Source of the DNA: Myxococcota bacterium
Lineage (GTDB): Bacteria > Myxococcota_A > Polyangia > Nannocystales > Nannocystaceae
Length of the DNA stretch: 64,000 nucleotides
Reading direction: 5' to 3'
Assembly: GCA_039028615.1 (NCBI GenBank)
Contig: JBCCHT010000013.1
Coordinates: 191,273-255,272 of the forward strand
Part shown: piece by piece, positions 39,896 through 49,431 of the stretch
How positions within the stretch are numbered: position 1 is the first letter of the stretch
Layout: each line of letters starts with the position of its first letter
Notes under the pieces: generated by a model
What the model saw: only the letters and a program-made list of their open reading frames with translations
The model's database searches: none
Told to the model about the DNA's origin: nothing
Made by a program: the position numbers and the translations under genes

Positions 39896-40876
39896 TCAGC
39901 CGGCCTGGAGCACCGCCTGGCGGTACCAGTCCCAGAACCCCGCGATCCCGGCATCGACGCGCACGGTGGGCTCGTAGCCGAGCAGGGACCGTGCCTTGTC
40001 GATGTTCGCGTAGGTATAGGAGACGTCGGCGTCCTGCATGGGCGCGTCGGTCAGCGAGGTGGTGCGGCCGGCCGCGGCCTCGATCTTCTTGACGAAGTCG
40101 GCCAGCAGTACCGGCTCGGCGCAGCCGAGGTTGATGATTTCGTAGCCCAGGGGGCGATCGAGCGCGGCCACGATGCCCGCGGCGGTATCGGTCACGAAGG
40201 TCCAGTCACGGTGCATCTGGCCCTTGTTGTAAAGCGGCACCTGACGGCCGTGGAACATGTTGTCCAGCAGCTTGTAGGCCATCATGTCCGGCCGTCCGCG
40301 CGGGCCGTACACGGTGAACAGCCGCACCGCGGTGAAGTCGAGGCCGTGCAGGTGGTGATAGGCGTGCCCCAAAAGCTCCGCCGAGCGCTTGGACGCGGGG
40401 TAGGGGGCCAGGGGGCGGTCGCAGGTGTCCGTCTCGATGAACGGGATGACCTCGGTGTTGGCGTAGACCGACGAGGTCGAGGCCAGCACGAAGTTCTTCA
40501 GCCCGCCTTGGCGCGCCTGCTCGAGCAGGTTCAGCGTGCCCGTCTGGTTGACGTCGTAGTAGAGGTACGGGTCGTCGACCGAGGCCCGCACGCCGGCCAT
40601 CGCGGCCAGGTGGGCCACCCGCTCGATGCCGTGCTCGGCCCAGAGTCGAGCGAGCAGGGGGCGGTCGCGGATGTCCCCCTCGACCAGCGTGTACGATCCC
40701 GGGGCCTCGGCGGCCAGCGCCTGCGACTCGGCGATGTTCAGTCGCTTGCGCTGCGGGTCGTAGTAGTCGTTGAGGTTGTCCAACCCGACGACGGTGTCCC
40801 CACGGGCGACCAGCGCGTCGACGACATGGCTACCAATGAACCCGGCGGCGCCGGTTACGAGCACCGTCGAAGTCAC
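39896..40876 (-). CDS. NAD-dependent epimerase, UDP-glucuronate 4-epimerase-like
   Basis: TGAAGFIG, DNLNDYYD, HLAAMAGVR, YPASK, FTVYGPRGRPDM and RDWTFV. Confidence 0.85.
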   Translation of the reverse strand: MTSTVLVTGAAGFIGSHVVDALVARGDTVVGLDNLNDYYDPQRKRLNIAESQALAAEAPGSYTLVEGDIRDRPLLARLWAEHGIERVAHLAAMAGVRASVDDPYLYYDVNQTGTLNLLEQARQGGLKNFVLASTSSVYANTEVIPFIETDTCDRPLAPYPASKRSAELLGHAYHHLHGLDFTAVRLFTVYGPRGRPDMMAYKLLDNMFHGRQVPLYNKGQMHRDWTFVTDTAAGIVAALDRPLGYEIINLGCAEPVLLADFVKKIEAAAGRTTSLTDAPMQDADVSYTYANIDKARSLLGYEPTVRVDAGIAGFWDWYRQAVLQAG

Positions 40877-40970
40877 CGCCGATCAGTATCCCAAGGCTTG
40901 GGCCCCAGCAAGGGCACGCCCCCGTGACGGGCATGTCGTGCGGTTCCGCATGAGTGCCCGGGCGGAGGGA

Positions 40971-41720
40971 TCAGAGCCGGGTCGCGGTCATCAGCAGCGT
41001 GAGGCCGACCGGGGGCACGATGCGGTTTTCGACCTGCGAGAACCACGTGGCCAGACCGCGCCGCAGCAGCCGCGGCACCAGGCCCTGTTTGCCGTAGCGG
41101 AACGACTCGTCGATCGCTCGGCCCAGGATCCGCTGGTTGATGAAGGTGGGCGCGACCCCCAGCAGGTTCCAGTAGCGCAGGGTGTCGATGCGGATCGGCT
41201 CGTTTGCCGCCAGCTCCTCGAGCATCTTGCGCTCGTAGCGACGGTAGTGGCCCTGGGTCTCGTCGCGGGCCCCGTAAAGCGCCATCAGGGCGGGCACGGT
41301 CACGATGATGCGACCGCCCGGGCGGGTCAGCTGCACCAGCTGGTGGAACGCGGTCCGATCGTCCTCGATGTGCTCGATGCAGTCCATCGACAGCACGTTG
41401 TCGTGGGTCTCGCCGCGCTCGATGAGCTCGGACAGGCCCATGGCCTGCACCCGGTCGGCGGGGAGCTCGAGGGACTCGAGGAAGCGCGCGGCCGCAGCCG
41501 CCGTGGAGGGCGACAGGTCGATCCCGCGGGCGTCGTAGCCCTGGCGCAGCAGCCACGCCACCATGCCGCCTCCGCCTGCGCCCACGTCCATCACCGTGCC
41601 CGGGACGACATGCTGGGCCACCATGCGGAACAGGTTGAGCGAGCGAAAGTCGGACAGCTGATGGGCCGACAGCGCGGCCTCGTGGTCGTTGAGGCCCTCG
41701 GTGATCCCACGTTGTGCCAT
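40971..41720 (-). CDS. Class I SAM-dependent methyltransferase
   Basis: MDVGAGGG, DCIEHIEDD, PGGRIIVTVPA and HYRRY; ATG at 41720. Confidence 0.82.
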   Translation of the reverse strand: MAQRGITEGLNDHEAALSAHQLSDFRSLNLFRMVAQHVVPGTVMDVGAGGGGMVAWLLRQGYDARGIDLSPSTAAAAARFLESLELPADRVQAMGLSELIERGETHDNVLSMDCIEHIEDDRTAFHQLVQLTRPGGRIIVTVPALMALYGARDETQGHYRRYERKMLEELAANEPIRIDTLRYWNLLGVAPTFINQRILGRAIDESFRYGKQGLVPRLLRRGLATWFSQVENRIVPPVGLTLLMTATRL

Positions 41721-41728
41721 GTCGAGCC

Positions 41729-42715
41729 TCAGGAGTTTCGGGGCGCTTCTTCGACGAGCCGGGACTCGCCCTTTTCGATCCAGTGGCGCACGAAGTAGGG
41801 CCGCCGCCGCTGGGCCTCGTGATAGGTGCGGGTCAAAAGGTCGGCCACCAGCCCCAGCGAGACCAGCTGAATGCCCGCCAGCAGCATCAGGACGCCCATG
41901 GTGAGCAGCGGGCGGTCGGCGAGGGGGCTGGAGTAGACGATGCGGGTGAAGGCCAGCGACGCGCAGATGACGAAGCCCACGAAGGACAGCACCAGGCCCC
42001 ACAGGCCGAAGACCTGCATCGGGCGCGCGAGATAGCGCTGGAGGAACAGCACGGTGATGAGGTCGAGGATCACCCGCAGGGTCCGACCGATGCCGTACTT
42101 GGAGGTGCCGTAGCGGCGCGCCCGGTGGTTGACCGGCATCTCGCAGATCCGAGCCCCCGCCAGCGAGGCGATGGCCGGGATGAACCGGTGCATCTCGCCG
42201 TACAGGTCGATCTGCTGCATCAGCTCGCGGCGCGTGGCCTTGAGCGTGCAGCCGTAGTCGTGCAGCCGAACGTTGGTGGTGCGCCCGATGATCCAGTTGG
42301 CGATGATCGAGGGCAGCCGCCGGTTGAGGAAGGTGTCCTCGCGATCCGCCCGCCAGCCCGCGACCATGTCGTAGCCATCCCCCTCTTCGAGCTTCTCGAG
42401 CATCTTGGGGATGTCTTTGGGGTCGTTTTGCAGGTCGGCGTCGAGGCTGACGATGACCTTGCCCACCGCGGAGTCGAAGCCGGCCTGCATGGCCGCCGTC
42501 TGGCCGAAGTTGCGCCGCAGCTCGCAGATCCGCAGGGTGGGATCCTCCGCGGACAGCTCGGACAGCAGCTTGACGCTGCCGTCGGACGAGCCATCATCCA
42601 CGCAGATGACTTCGTACTCGAGACCCGTGTCGGCCATCGCGCCCCGGATCTCGGAGACGAGCTCGGGGATGCTCTCCTCTTCGTTATAGATCGGAACTAC
42701 GATGGACAGGTCCAT
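41729..42715 (-). CDS. GT2 polyprenyl-phosphate glycosyltransferase (ArnC/GtrB-like)
   Basis: MDLSIVVPIYNEEE, VDDGSSDG, RNFGQTAA, LDADLQNDP, HDYGCTLKA and GEMHRFIP; two C-terminal TMs. Confidence 0.9.
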   Translation of the reverse strand: MDLSIVVPIYNEEESIPELVSEIRGAMADTGLEYEVICVDDGSSDGSVKLLSELSAEDPTLRICELRRNFGQTAAMQAGFDSAVGKVIVSLDADLQNDPKDIPKMLEKLEEGDGYDMVAGWRADREDTFLNRRLPSIIANWIIGRTTNVRLHDYGCTLKATRRELMQQIDLYGEMHRFIPAIASLAGARICEMPVNHRARRYGTSKYGIGRTLRVILDLITVLFLQRYLARPMQVFGLWGLVLSFVGFVICASLAFTRIVYSSPLADRPLLTMGVLMLLAGIQLVSLGLVADLLTRTYHEAQRRRPYFVRHWIEKGESRLVEEAPRNS

Positions 42716-42871
42716 GGCGGAGGCGGACGCTAGCCCTCGAAGGGCTCCCAGGCAAGCCCTTGGTGAGCGCGGGGCCACACACGGGGGGCCACAGTGCCGT
42801 CGTGCGGCACCGTCTCGGCCGAGCGCACACGACGCTGTGTGCGGTCCGCTACCCTTCGGACCGGAGCGGTC

Positions 42872-43801
42872 GTGAAGGGAACGGGTGCAATCCTCCGGGT
42901 CGGGTTGGCCGTGGTCGTGGTGGCCTTCATCGGGCTCACGGCGTGGGATCTGGGCCAACGCTGGGCGCAGTCTCCCTCGGTCGAGGTGAATCTGGGCTGG
43001 GTCATCGCCTCCATTGCCCCCATCGGCCTCGTCAGCCTGGCCCAGGCGCTGGGCTGGCGATCGCTGGTGCAACGCATGGTCGGCCGCTCGATCCCCTTCG
43101 TGCGGGGCCTCGAGCTGTTCTTGGCCTCCATGCTCGGCCGCTATGCCCCGGCCAAGGTCGGCATGCCGGCCATCTTGATGTCGCGGGCGCGGCAGCTCGA
43201 GCTGGCCCCCAGCCTGATGGGCTCCTCCATGCTGCTCATCGTGCTCGTCTACACGATCTTGGGCGCGGGCATCGGGGTCGCGGCGCTGTCGCTGGGCGAC
43301 GGACTCGTGCTGCCCCAGCTCGAGGTGCTGCGCAGCGGCCTGTCCGTGCTGGCGCTGGTCGGCATGGCGGTCGGGGTGCTGGTCTTGTTGGTGCTCGACC
43401 GGCGGCGCTACCCGGCCATCCTGCTGCGCAAGCTGGAGATCGACGGGGAAGGGCCGCTGGTCGGCCCGGGGCTCGTCGTCTGGTACGCGGTCGTGTGGAT
43501 CGCCTGGTGGCTGCACGGGGCCGCGCTGATCGTGGCGGTGGGCGGCACCTGGGACAGCGCGGTCGCGGGCTCGGGCCTGTTCGTGCTCGCCCCGGTCATC
43601 GGGTTTCTGACCCTGGTCGCGCCCGGCGGGCTCGGGGTGCGCGAGGCGGTGGTGGCCGCGGGCTTGTCGGTCGCGGTCGGCCCCGGCCCGGCGGTGGTGG
43701 CCGCGGTGGCCTCCCGCATCATCTCGCTGGGCGTCGACGTGCTGATGTGGCTCGGGTTCCGGGCCGCGCTGCGGCGCGAGACGACCGAGCCGACCCCCTG
43801 A
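42872..43801 (+). CDS. Lysylphosphatidylglycerol-synthase-TM / AglD2-like flippase-type membrane protein
   Basis: About 8 TMs, WRSLV, SMLGRYAPAKVG, APGGLGVREA and SRIISL; divergent from the GT2 gene. Confidence 0.7.
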   Translation: MKGTGAILRVGLAVVVVAFIGLTAWDLGQRWAQSPSVEVNLGWVIASIAPIGLVSLAQALGWRSLVQRMVGRSIPFVRGLELFLASMLGRYAPAKVGMPAILMSRARQLELAPSLMGSSMLLIVLVYTILGAGIGVAALSLGDGLVLPQLEVLRSGLSVLALVGMAVGVLVLLVLDRRRYPAILLRKLEIDGEGPLVGPGLVVWYAVVWIAWWLHGAALIVAVGGTWDSAVAGSGLFVLAPVIGFLTLVAPGGLGVREAVVAAGLSVAVGPGPAVVAAVASRIISLGVDVLMWLGFRAALRRETTEPTP

Positions 43802-43805
43802 GTCG

Positions 43806-44753
43806 TCAGCGCGGCATCGGGGGCACGGGCGGTTCCTCGATGCACACCGCGTTGTCGTCCTCGACGATCTGCGCACAATCGGCGGTCGAGCAGCCCTCCT
43901 CGCAATAGTCGCAGGAGCTGGCCAGGGCATCGGGACAGTCGGGGTCCGGGATGCCACAGCCGCAATCGCAGCCGTCCATGGCGTCGTAGTAGTCCACCGG
44001 GCAGTTCCAGCCCTCGATCGAGGTGATGCCGGTCACCGCGGCGTCGGTCAGCTCGACACAGCCACCGCCGGGCACGGGCTCGAAGGTCGCGGGGTTGATC
44101 TCGGTCAGGTGCACGCCGCTCCAGCTCGCGATGAGCCCGGTCTCGTTGGTGAAGGGCGGCGTCGTCGGGTCGACCTCCAGCGTGCCCATGTCGGCCAGGT
44201 AGATGCGGTCGGGGCCGAACCCGGGGTCGATGTCGACGGCCACCGCGACGCACTGCTCACAGGTCGCGGCGCTGGCATTGACGCCTTCGCCGAGCATGAA
44301 CGAACCGGTGTCGTCGGTGGTGAAGATGAGCAGCACCAGGTCGGGGAGGAACTCGCTGCCGGCCTCCACCTCGACCTCGTAGGAGGCCTGGTCCTTCTGG
44401 ATGGCGCCCAACATCTCGGTGTTGGTCAGCGTCACCGTCTCGCACTCCACCACGCCATCGCCGGTCGACGAGGAGGACTCTTCGCCGGACGAGGACGCGT
44501 CGCCCGTGGTCGAGGCGTCGGTGGTGCCCCCCGTGGTCTCGGGGGCGCCCGACGAGGAGGACTCCGCGGCCTCGCCCGTGCTCGAGTCGGCGGGGGGCGG
44601 CGTATCGACGATCGTCGGCGTCCCGGTCTCGGTGGACTCGGCGCCGCCCGTGGACGACCCGCCCGCCGCTGGCTCGGGGTCGTCGGGGCAGGCGCTCAGC
44701 CCGAGCGCGAGGGGAATCAAGGAGAGTCGAACAAAAGCAGAAGCGGGGGTCAC
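43806..44753 (-). CDS. Hypothetical lipoprotein with long Ser/Thr-rich linker and C-terminal Cys-rich module
   Basis: Lipobox LSAC; ~80-aa S/T/G/E linker; WNCPVDYYDAMDGCDCGCGIPDPDC module. Confidence 0.7.
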   Translation of the reverse strand: MTPASAFVRLSLIPLALGLSACPDDPEPAAGGSSTGGAESTETGTPTIVDTPPPADSSTGEAAESSSSGAPETTGGTTDASTTGDASSSGEESSSSTGDGVVECETVTLTNTEMLGAIQKDQASYEVEVEAGSEFLPDLVLLIFTTDDTGSFMLGEGVNASAATCEQCVAVAVDIDPGFGPDRIYLADMGTLEVDPTTPPFTNETGLIASWSGVHLTEINPATFEPVPGGGCVELTDAAVTGITSIEGWNCPVDYYDAMDGCDCGCGIPDPDCPDALASSCDYCEEGCSTADCAQIVEDDNAVCIEEPPVPPMPR

Positions 44754-44825
44754 GAGCGCCCTTATCGATGGGGCGGGCGCTTGGGTTGCTGTTTTTTCCC
44801 GGGCGTGACCGGCCCGTGATCCGGG

Positions 44826-47237
44826 TTACGGCTCGTCTTCGTCGCCTTCGTCTTCGTCGTTGCGACCGCGATCGGGCTCGGGCGGCTTGGCTGGCTTGCC
44901 GCGTCCCGAGGGCTTGTCGTCGCGCCGATAGGGGTTGTCGTCGTCGAGCTCGTCGTCATCGAGCTCGTCGTCGTCGTCCTTGCCTTCGGCGCGGCCCTTG
45001 CCCAGCGGGCGGCTTCGCGCCCGGTTCTTGTTGCGGGCCTTGCTCTTGGCCTGCTCGCGCTTCTTCTTGCGCCGCTCGGCCGCGCGCGCCTTCTTGGCCG
45101 CCTCGCGCTCTTCCTTGGGCAGCTTGTGCAGCAGGACGAAGCGCTCGCTCTCGTCGATGATCTCGTAGTCGTGGCGGGCCTTGAGCCGGTCGAGGCGGCG
45201 GCGGTCCTTTTTCTTCAGCTTCTCGTTGGTCATCAAGACGTAGTCCGCCTTGCGACAGCTGGGCCACTTGAGGGCGATGGGACGGTTGCTGATGTGCGGG
45301 CCGATGACACTGTTGCTGCAGACCGAGTCCTCGGCGGGGATCTGGTCGATGAAGTCGCGCAGCTCGTCGTAGCGCTCGGCTCGCTCGTCGTTGTGGGTGC
45401 GCTGCAGTCGGTTCCAGCCGGCGTGGAATTCCCGGTTGGGGATGATGGCCCCGAATTTGGCGCTCACCAGCAGGGTGCAGATGAACGCGGAGAACACCAG
45501 GGTGCTGCGGAAGCGCCTCGGGTCGATGCCCAGCTTCTCGACCCAGCTCGCCGAGCTCACGTTGCGCAGCCCGTCGGGCCACGCCATGAGCAGGAAGGGC
45601 AGCAGCACCGACGAGTACTGGAAGTGCACCGAGAACACGTACTTGCGCGAGACCAGCCCGATGAAGGCCATGCCGTACAGCAGCAGCAAGCGCTTGCGCC
45701 CGGAGAAGAACGACAGCATCAAAAGCGGCAGCAGGACCTTGCCGAAGTAGATGAGCTTGGCCGGCTTGAGCAGCACGGCCAGGGCGGCGAGCGGATCGGC
45801 CAAGGTGGTGCTGGCCAGCCCCATGAGTCCCTCGTCGGTGCCGTCCTTCCCCTTGGGGATCATCTCCTCGTAGTAATACGAGTACGAGTAGCTCTCTTTG
45901 TCGCCCGACAGCAGAGCGCGCTCGCCCGACTTGATCTCCACCAGGTACGCGATCGCGACCAGGATGGTCATGATCCCGGTGACCCGGCGCTTGCTGGCGA
46001 TGGCGTACAGCGAGATGGCACAGGCCACGAAGGGCATGTCCTCGCGGGTGAGCAGCAACAGGCCCAGCATCACCCAGTAGCCGACCATGGCCTTCCAGGT
46101 GCCGACGTCGAGGAAGTAGACCATCCACATCACCAGCGGCACCATCAGCGCCAGGGAGTGGAAGTCGAACATGTTGATCCCGTGCAGGGCCGGGGCCAAC
46201 AAGAACAGCAGCACCACCACCAACGCCTGCCACGGGTTGTTCAGCACCCGCTTGGCGATGAGGTACAGCGGCACCCCGCCCATGGCCAGCCAGGCCGACT
46301 GCAACCACAGCAGCGTCTCCGCCCGCGGGTTGAGGCCGTAGATGGGCGACAGCAGGATGATGATGGGGTCGTAGTGCGCGGAGTAGTGGGTCCCACCTCG
46401 CAGGTACGAGCACGCCATGGAATCGCCGTTGACGGTGTTCCAGAACGTGTTGTCGTACAGGGCGAGGTCGTAGATGTGGGTGCCCATGTTCCAGTGGTCG
46501 GTGACCGACAGGTACCCAAAGGTCCACGCGTAGCCGCCGACCAGCATCATCATGAGCAGCTCGGGCACGCCCCGACGCTCGAACGCGCGGAGCCGGTCAC
46601 GCCACGAGACCACGCTTTCGCTGTGCAGCCGGTAGTACCAGTAGCCCAGCAGGGCGGCGACGGCCGCCGAGAGGAACAGGCTCAAAAGGTGCAGCCGCGC
46701 CTCGAATTGCTCGGTGACGAACGCCGAGAACACGGGCAGCAAGGCCACGGGGATGAGCTTGAGGTTGAGTCGCTGGAAGTACTGCGTCAGCGACATCGGC
46801 TCCGCGGCGTCGCGATTGCGTCGCACGTGCAGGAAGCCGAGCAGGGCGTACACGAGCCCCATCACCAGCAGCGAGAACACGCCCCACTCGATGAGCTGGA
46901 TGCGCTCCTCGAGGTTCATGTCCACCTTGATCAGGTGCTTGCCGATGTCGTCGAGGACGAACTTGGGGTTGTCGCGCTGGAAGATGGGCCACAGCGCGAG
47001 CCCCGGGGCGACCCCGATGATCACCGCCCACATCAGCCACGCGAACGTGGCGTCGACGACGGTGTCGATGAACTCCAGCCGCAGGATGCGAAGCCACAGC
47101 GGTCGCTGGGCCTTGGCGGTCGGCGCGACGGAACTCGTCGGCGCCTGTGCGCTCGGCGAGGCGTCGGGGCTCACCGCCGCGTCGGGGGTCGCCGATTCGT
47201 CCGGGTTGGAGGAAGGCGCGTCGTCGGGGCGCGTCAT
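44826..47237 (-). CDS. DUF2079-like polytopic membrane protein (probable GT-C glycosyltransferase)
   Basis: YDLALYDNTFWN, HYDPII, PRAETLLWLQ, MFDFH, TREDM and HFQYS; charged C-terminal tail. Confidence 0.7.
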   Translation of the reverse strand: MTRPDDAPSSNPDESATPDAAVSPDASPSAQAPTSSVAPTAKAQRPLWLRILRLEFIDTVVDATFAWLMWAVIIGVAPGLALWPIFQRDNPKFVLDDIGKHLIKVDMNLEERIQLIEWGVFSLLVMGLVYALLGFLHVRRNRDAAEPMSLTQYFQRLNLKLIPVALLPVFSAFVTEQFEARLHLLSLFLSAAVAALLGYWYYRLHSESVVSWRDRLRAFERRGVPELLMMMLVGGYAWTFGYLSVTDHWNMGTHIYDLALYDNTFWNTVNGDSMACSYLRGGTHYSAHYDPIIILLSPIYGLNPRAETLLWLQSAWLAMGGVPLYLIAKRVLNNPWQALVVVLLFLLAPALHGINMFDFHSLALMVPLVMWMVYFLDVGTWKAMVGYWVMLGLLLLTREDMPFVACAISLYAIASKRRVTGIMTILVAIAYLVEIKSGERALLSGDKESYSYSYYYEEMIPKGKDGTDEGLMGLASTTLADPLAALAVLLKPAKLIYFGKVLLPLLMLSFFSGRKRLLLLYGMAFIGLVSRKYVFSVHFQYSSVLLPFLLMAWPDGLRNVSSASWVEKLGIDPRRFRSTLVFSAFICTLLVSAKFGAIIPNREFHAGWNRLQRTHNDERAERYDELRDFIDQIPAEDSVCSNSVIGPHISNRPIALKWPSCRKADYVLMTNEKLKKKDRRRLDRLKARHDYEIIDESERFVLLHKLPKEEREAAKKARAAERRKKKREQAKSKARNKNRARSRPLGKGRAEGKDDDDELDDDELDDDNPYRRDDKPSGRGKPAKPPEPDRGRNDEDEGDEDEP

Positions 47238-47352
47238 GATGGGGCGGGACTATGCCACAATGGGCCGAACGCGCCCACGGGGCCCAAAGTGCACTCCAGG
47301 TGGGCCTAGAGCCCCATTCAGGAGCACTGCGACAGTGACGTCGTGAGGGATT

Positions 47353-49350
47353 TCAGCCGTCTGCGCTCGTCGCGGGGTCGGGGGGCAGCTGTGGCGGCAG
47401 GACGACCGCCACCGTGCTGCCCTGGCCGACTTCGCCGTGGGCGTGGATGCGGGCACCCAGGATCCGCACGAGCAGGCGGGTCACGGACAGGCCGATCCCC
47501 CCGCCGGCCAGGGGCTCGTCGGGATCGGCCATGATCCGCTCGACCTGGCGGGCGGTGAGGCCGATGCCGGTGTCGACCACCGAGACCCGCACCCCGGCGT
47601 CCTCGGCCTCGACCTTCAGCTGTACCGTGCCGCGCCGGGTGAACTTGCACGCATTGTCGAGCAGGTGCTCCAGGATGCGCCGCAGCAGGGCGGCGTCGGT
47701 CTCGATCTCCGGGATGTCACCCTCGGCCGCCACCGTCACGCTGCGATCGGGGGTGTCGTCGGGGAGGGCGTCCACGACCTGCTGGGCGAGGGTGGCCACC
47801 GAGAGCCGGACGGGCTCCGGCCGCAGCGGGGTGCCGCCTCCACTGAGCGCCGCGAGGTCGATGGTGGCCCCGTGGAGCTGTCGCCCGGCGTGCCGCAGGC
47901 CTTCGCGCGGCTCGACCCCGCCGGGTGGGTTGTCGAGCAGCCGTCGGGCCCCGGCCAGCGCGGCATGGGCCTGCACCACCGCCGCGGCTCGGGTCTGGGC
48001 GCGGGTCTCGGCCGCATCGCGAGCCTGCTCGCTGTCCTTGCGGGCCTGACGTTCGCCGTCGACGGCCTCGCGCACGTGGTCGGCCAGGCGCTGGATGCTG
48101 TCGGCCAGCACTCCGATCTCGTCGCGGCGATCGAGGGCCAGCGGCGGCGTGGGCTGTCCCGCGGCCAGGCGTCGCGCCCCCTGGGCCAGGTCGACGATCT
48201 GTCGCGAGAACCGACGAATGAGCAGCGCGATGAGCAGCGCCACGCCGAAGGCCACGAGCCCGAAACGCAGCAAGGCCGCCTCGGCGATGCGATGCAGAGG
48301 CTGGCGAAACTCGGCGGTGGGCTCCCCGAGCAGCACGTATCCGTAGGGATCGCCGCTCTGGGGCATCACGGGGGCGTAGCCCACCATGGTCGGGGCTGTG
48401 TCCGTGCCGTACGCCTGCGGCACGTCGTGCTCGGTCGCCCCCGGCTGGCGGTGCTGCAGGGCGCTCCACAGCTGGCCCAGCGCCAGGGGCTGGCGGACGC
48501 GATCGAGGTAGTGCTCACCGTCGGGCGTGCCGTAGCGTCGCGTCTGCAAGAACAGGGTGTCGAAGCGCGCGACCGAGGCCAGCGGGTGGAACTGCAGGCT
48601 CTGCGGGTCGTCCGAGCCCCGCAGCGTCCCGGTCCAGGCATCGGACACCACCACGCCGAAGCGATCGACGAGCAGCGCGCTGCCGCCCGTGCGCGCCAGG
48701 TCGGCCATGACCTCGTGCAGGGCCGCGCTGTCGACCTTGAGCACCACCACGCCCTCGACGGCTTCCTTCACCATCACCGGGGCGGCCACGAAGATCGCCG
48801 TGCCCTCGCTGTTGGCGTTCTTGAGCACGTCGGTGACGAAGGGCCCCCGGTCTTCGATCGCGGCCTGGAAGTAGGGCCGGTAGTCGTAGGGGCGACCGAC
48901 CATCTGCGGCTTGGTGGCGCGCTCGCTGGTGGCGATGCAGACCCCGGTCGGGTCGAGCAGGTAGACGTTGGAAAACCACGGGTTCGACTGCCGCAGGCTG
49001 ACGAGCAAGTCGTAGATCTCGGGGTGCCGCTCGTCCCACGCCCGGGCGTCCGCCACGTGGTCGTCGCCCCCGGTTGCACCATCGGCCATCGCGGCGAGGA
49101 TGGTGGGGTTGGTGGCGACCAGTTCCACGTAGGCCCGCAGTCGACCGACCCGCTCCTCGAGCCTTCGCGCTGCCGCCGCGGACCGCCGCTGGAGGTTGTG
49201 GGTCTCCCGCGAGAACGACTGCGACTCCACGGCCCGGGCGTTGACCAGCGCCACCACCAGCAGCGGGATCACGGCCAGCACCAGCACCGTCGTCGCCAGC
49301 TTCAGCGACAGCGGCCAGTCACGGACGGATGAGAGACGCCGACGGGGCAC
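47353..49350 (-). CDS. Cache-HAMP-HATPase sensor kinase-like protein with degenerate HisKA region
   Basis: Two TMs flanking a Cache domain (YDYRPYFQAA, IFVAAPV), HAMP (RRDEIGVLA), N box HLLDNACKFT, G1 DTGIG and G2 GGIGL; no canonical H box. Confidence 0.75.
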   Translation of the reverse strand: MPRRRLSSVRDWPLSLKLATTVLVLAVIPLLVVALVNARAVESQSFSRETHNLQRRSAAAARRLEERVGRLRAYVELVATNPTILAAMADGATGGDDHVADARAWDERHPEIYDLLVSLRQSNPWFSNVYLLDPTGVCIATSERATKPQMVGRPYDYRPYFQAAIEDRGPFVTDVLKNANSEGTAIFVAAPVMVKEAVEGVVVLKVDSAALHEVMADLARTGGSALLVDRFGVVVSDAWTGTLRGSDDPQSLQFHPLASVARFDTLFLQTRRYGTPDGEHYLDRVRQPLALGQLWSALQHRQPGATEHDVPQAYGTDTAPTMVGYAPVMPQSGDPYGYVLLGEPTAEFRQPLHRIAEAALLRFGLVAFGVALLIALLIRRFSRQIVDLAQGARRLAAGQPTPPLALDRRDEIGVLADSIQRLADHVREAVDGERQARKDSEQARDAAETRAQTRAAAVVQAHAALAGARRLLDNPPGGVEPREGLRHAGRQLHGATIDLAALSGGGTPLRPEPVRLSVATLAQQVVDALPDDTPDRSVTVAAEGDIPEIETDAALLRRILEHLLDNACKFTRRGTVQLKVEAEDAGVRVSVVDTGIGLTARQVERIMADPDEPLAGGGIGLSVTRLLVRILGARIHAHGEVGQGSTVAVVLPPQLPPDPATSADG

Positions 49351-49431
49351 GGGAGGGTAGGGGAGCGGGCACGCCGCCCTCGTCGCAAGGGTACCCCCGG
49401 GCGCGCCTGTGAGCGATCCCGCGGGCGGATC

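Noticed and set aside
42716..43957. 742-aa GT2 with long N-terminal extension
   Set aside because: The extension is antisense to the flippase-like gene. GT2 starts at MDLSIVVP (42715).
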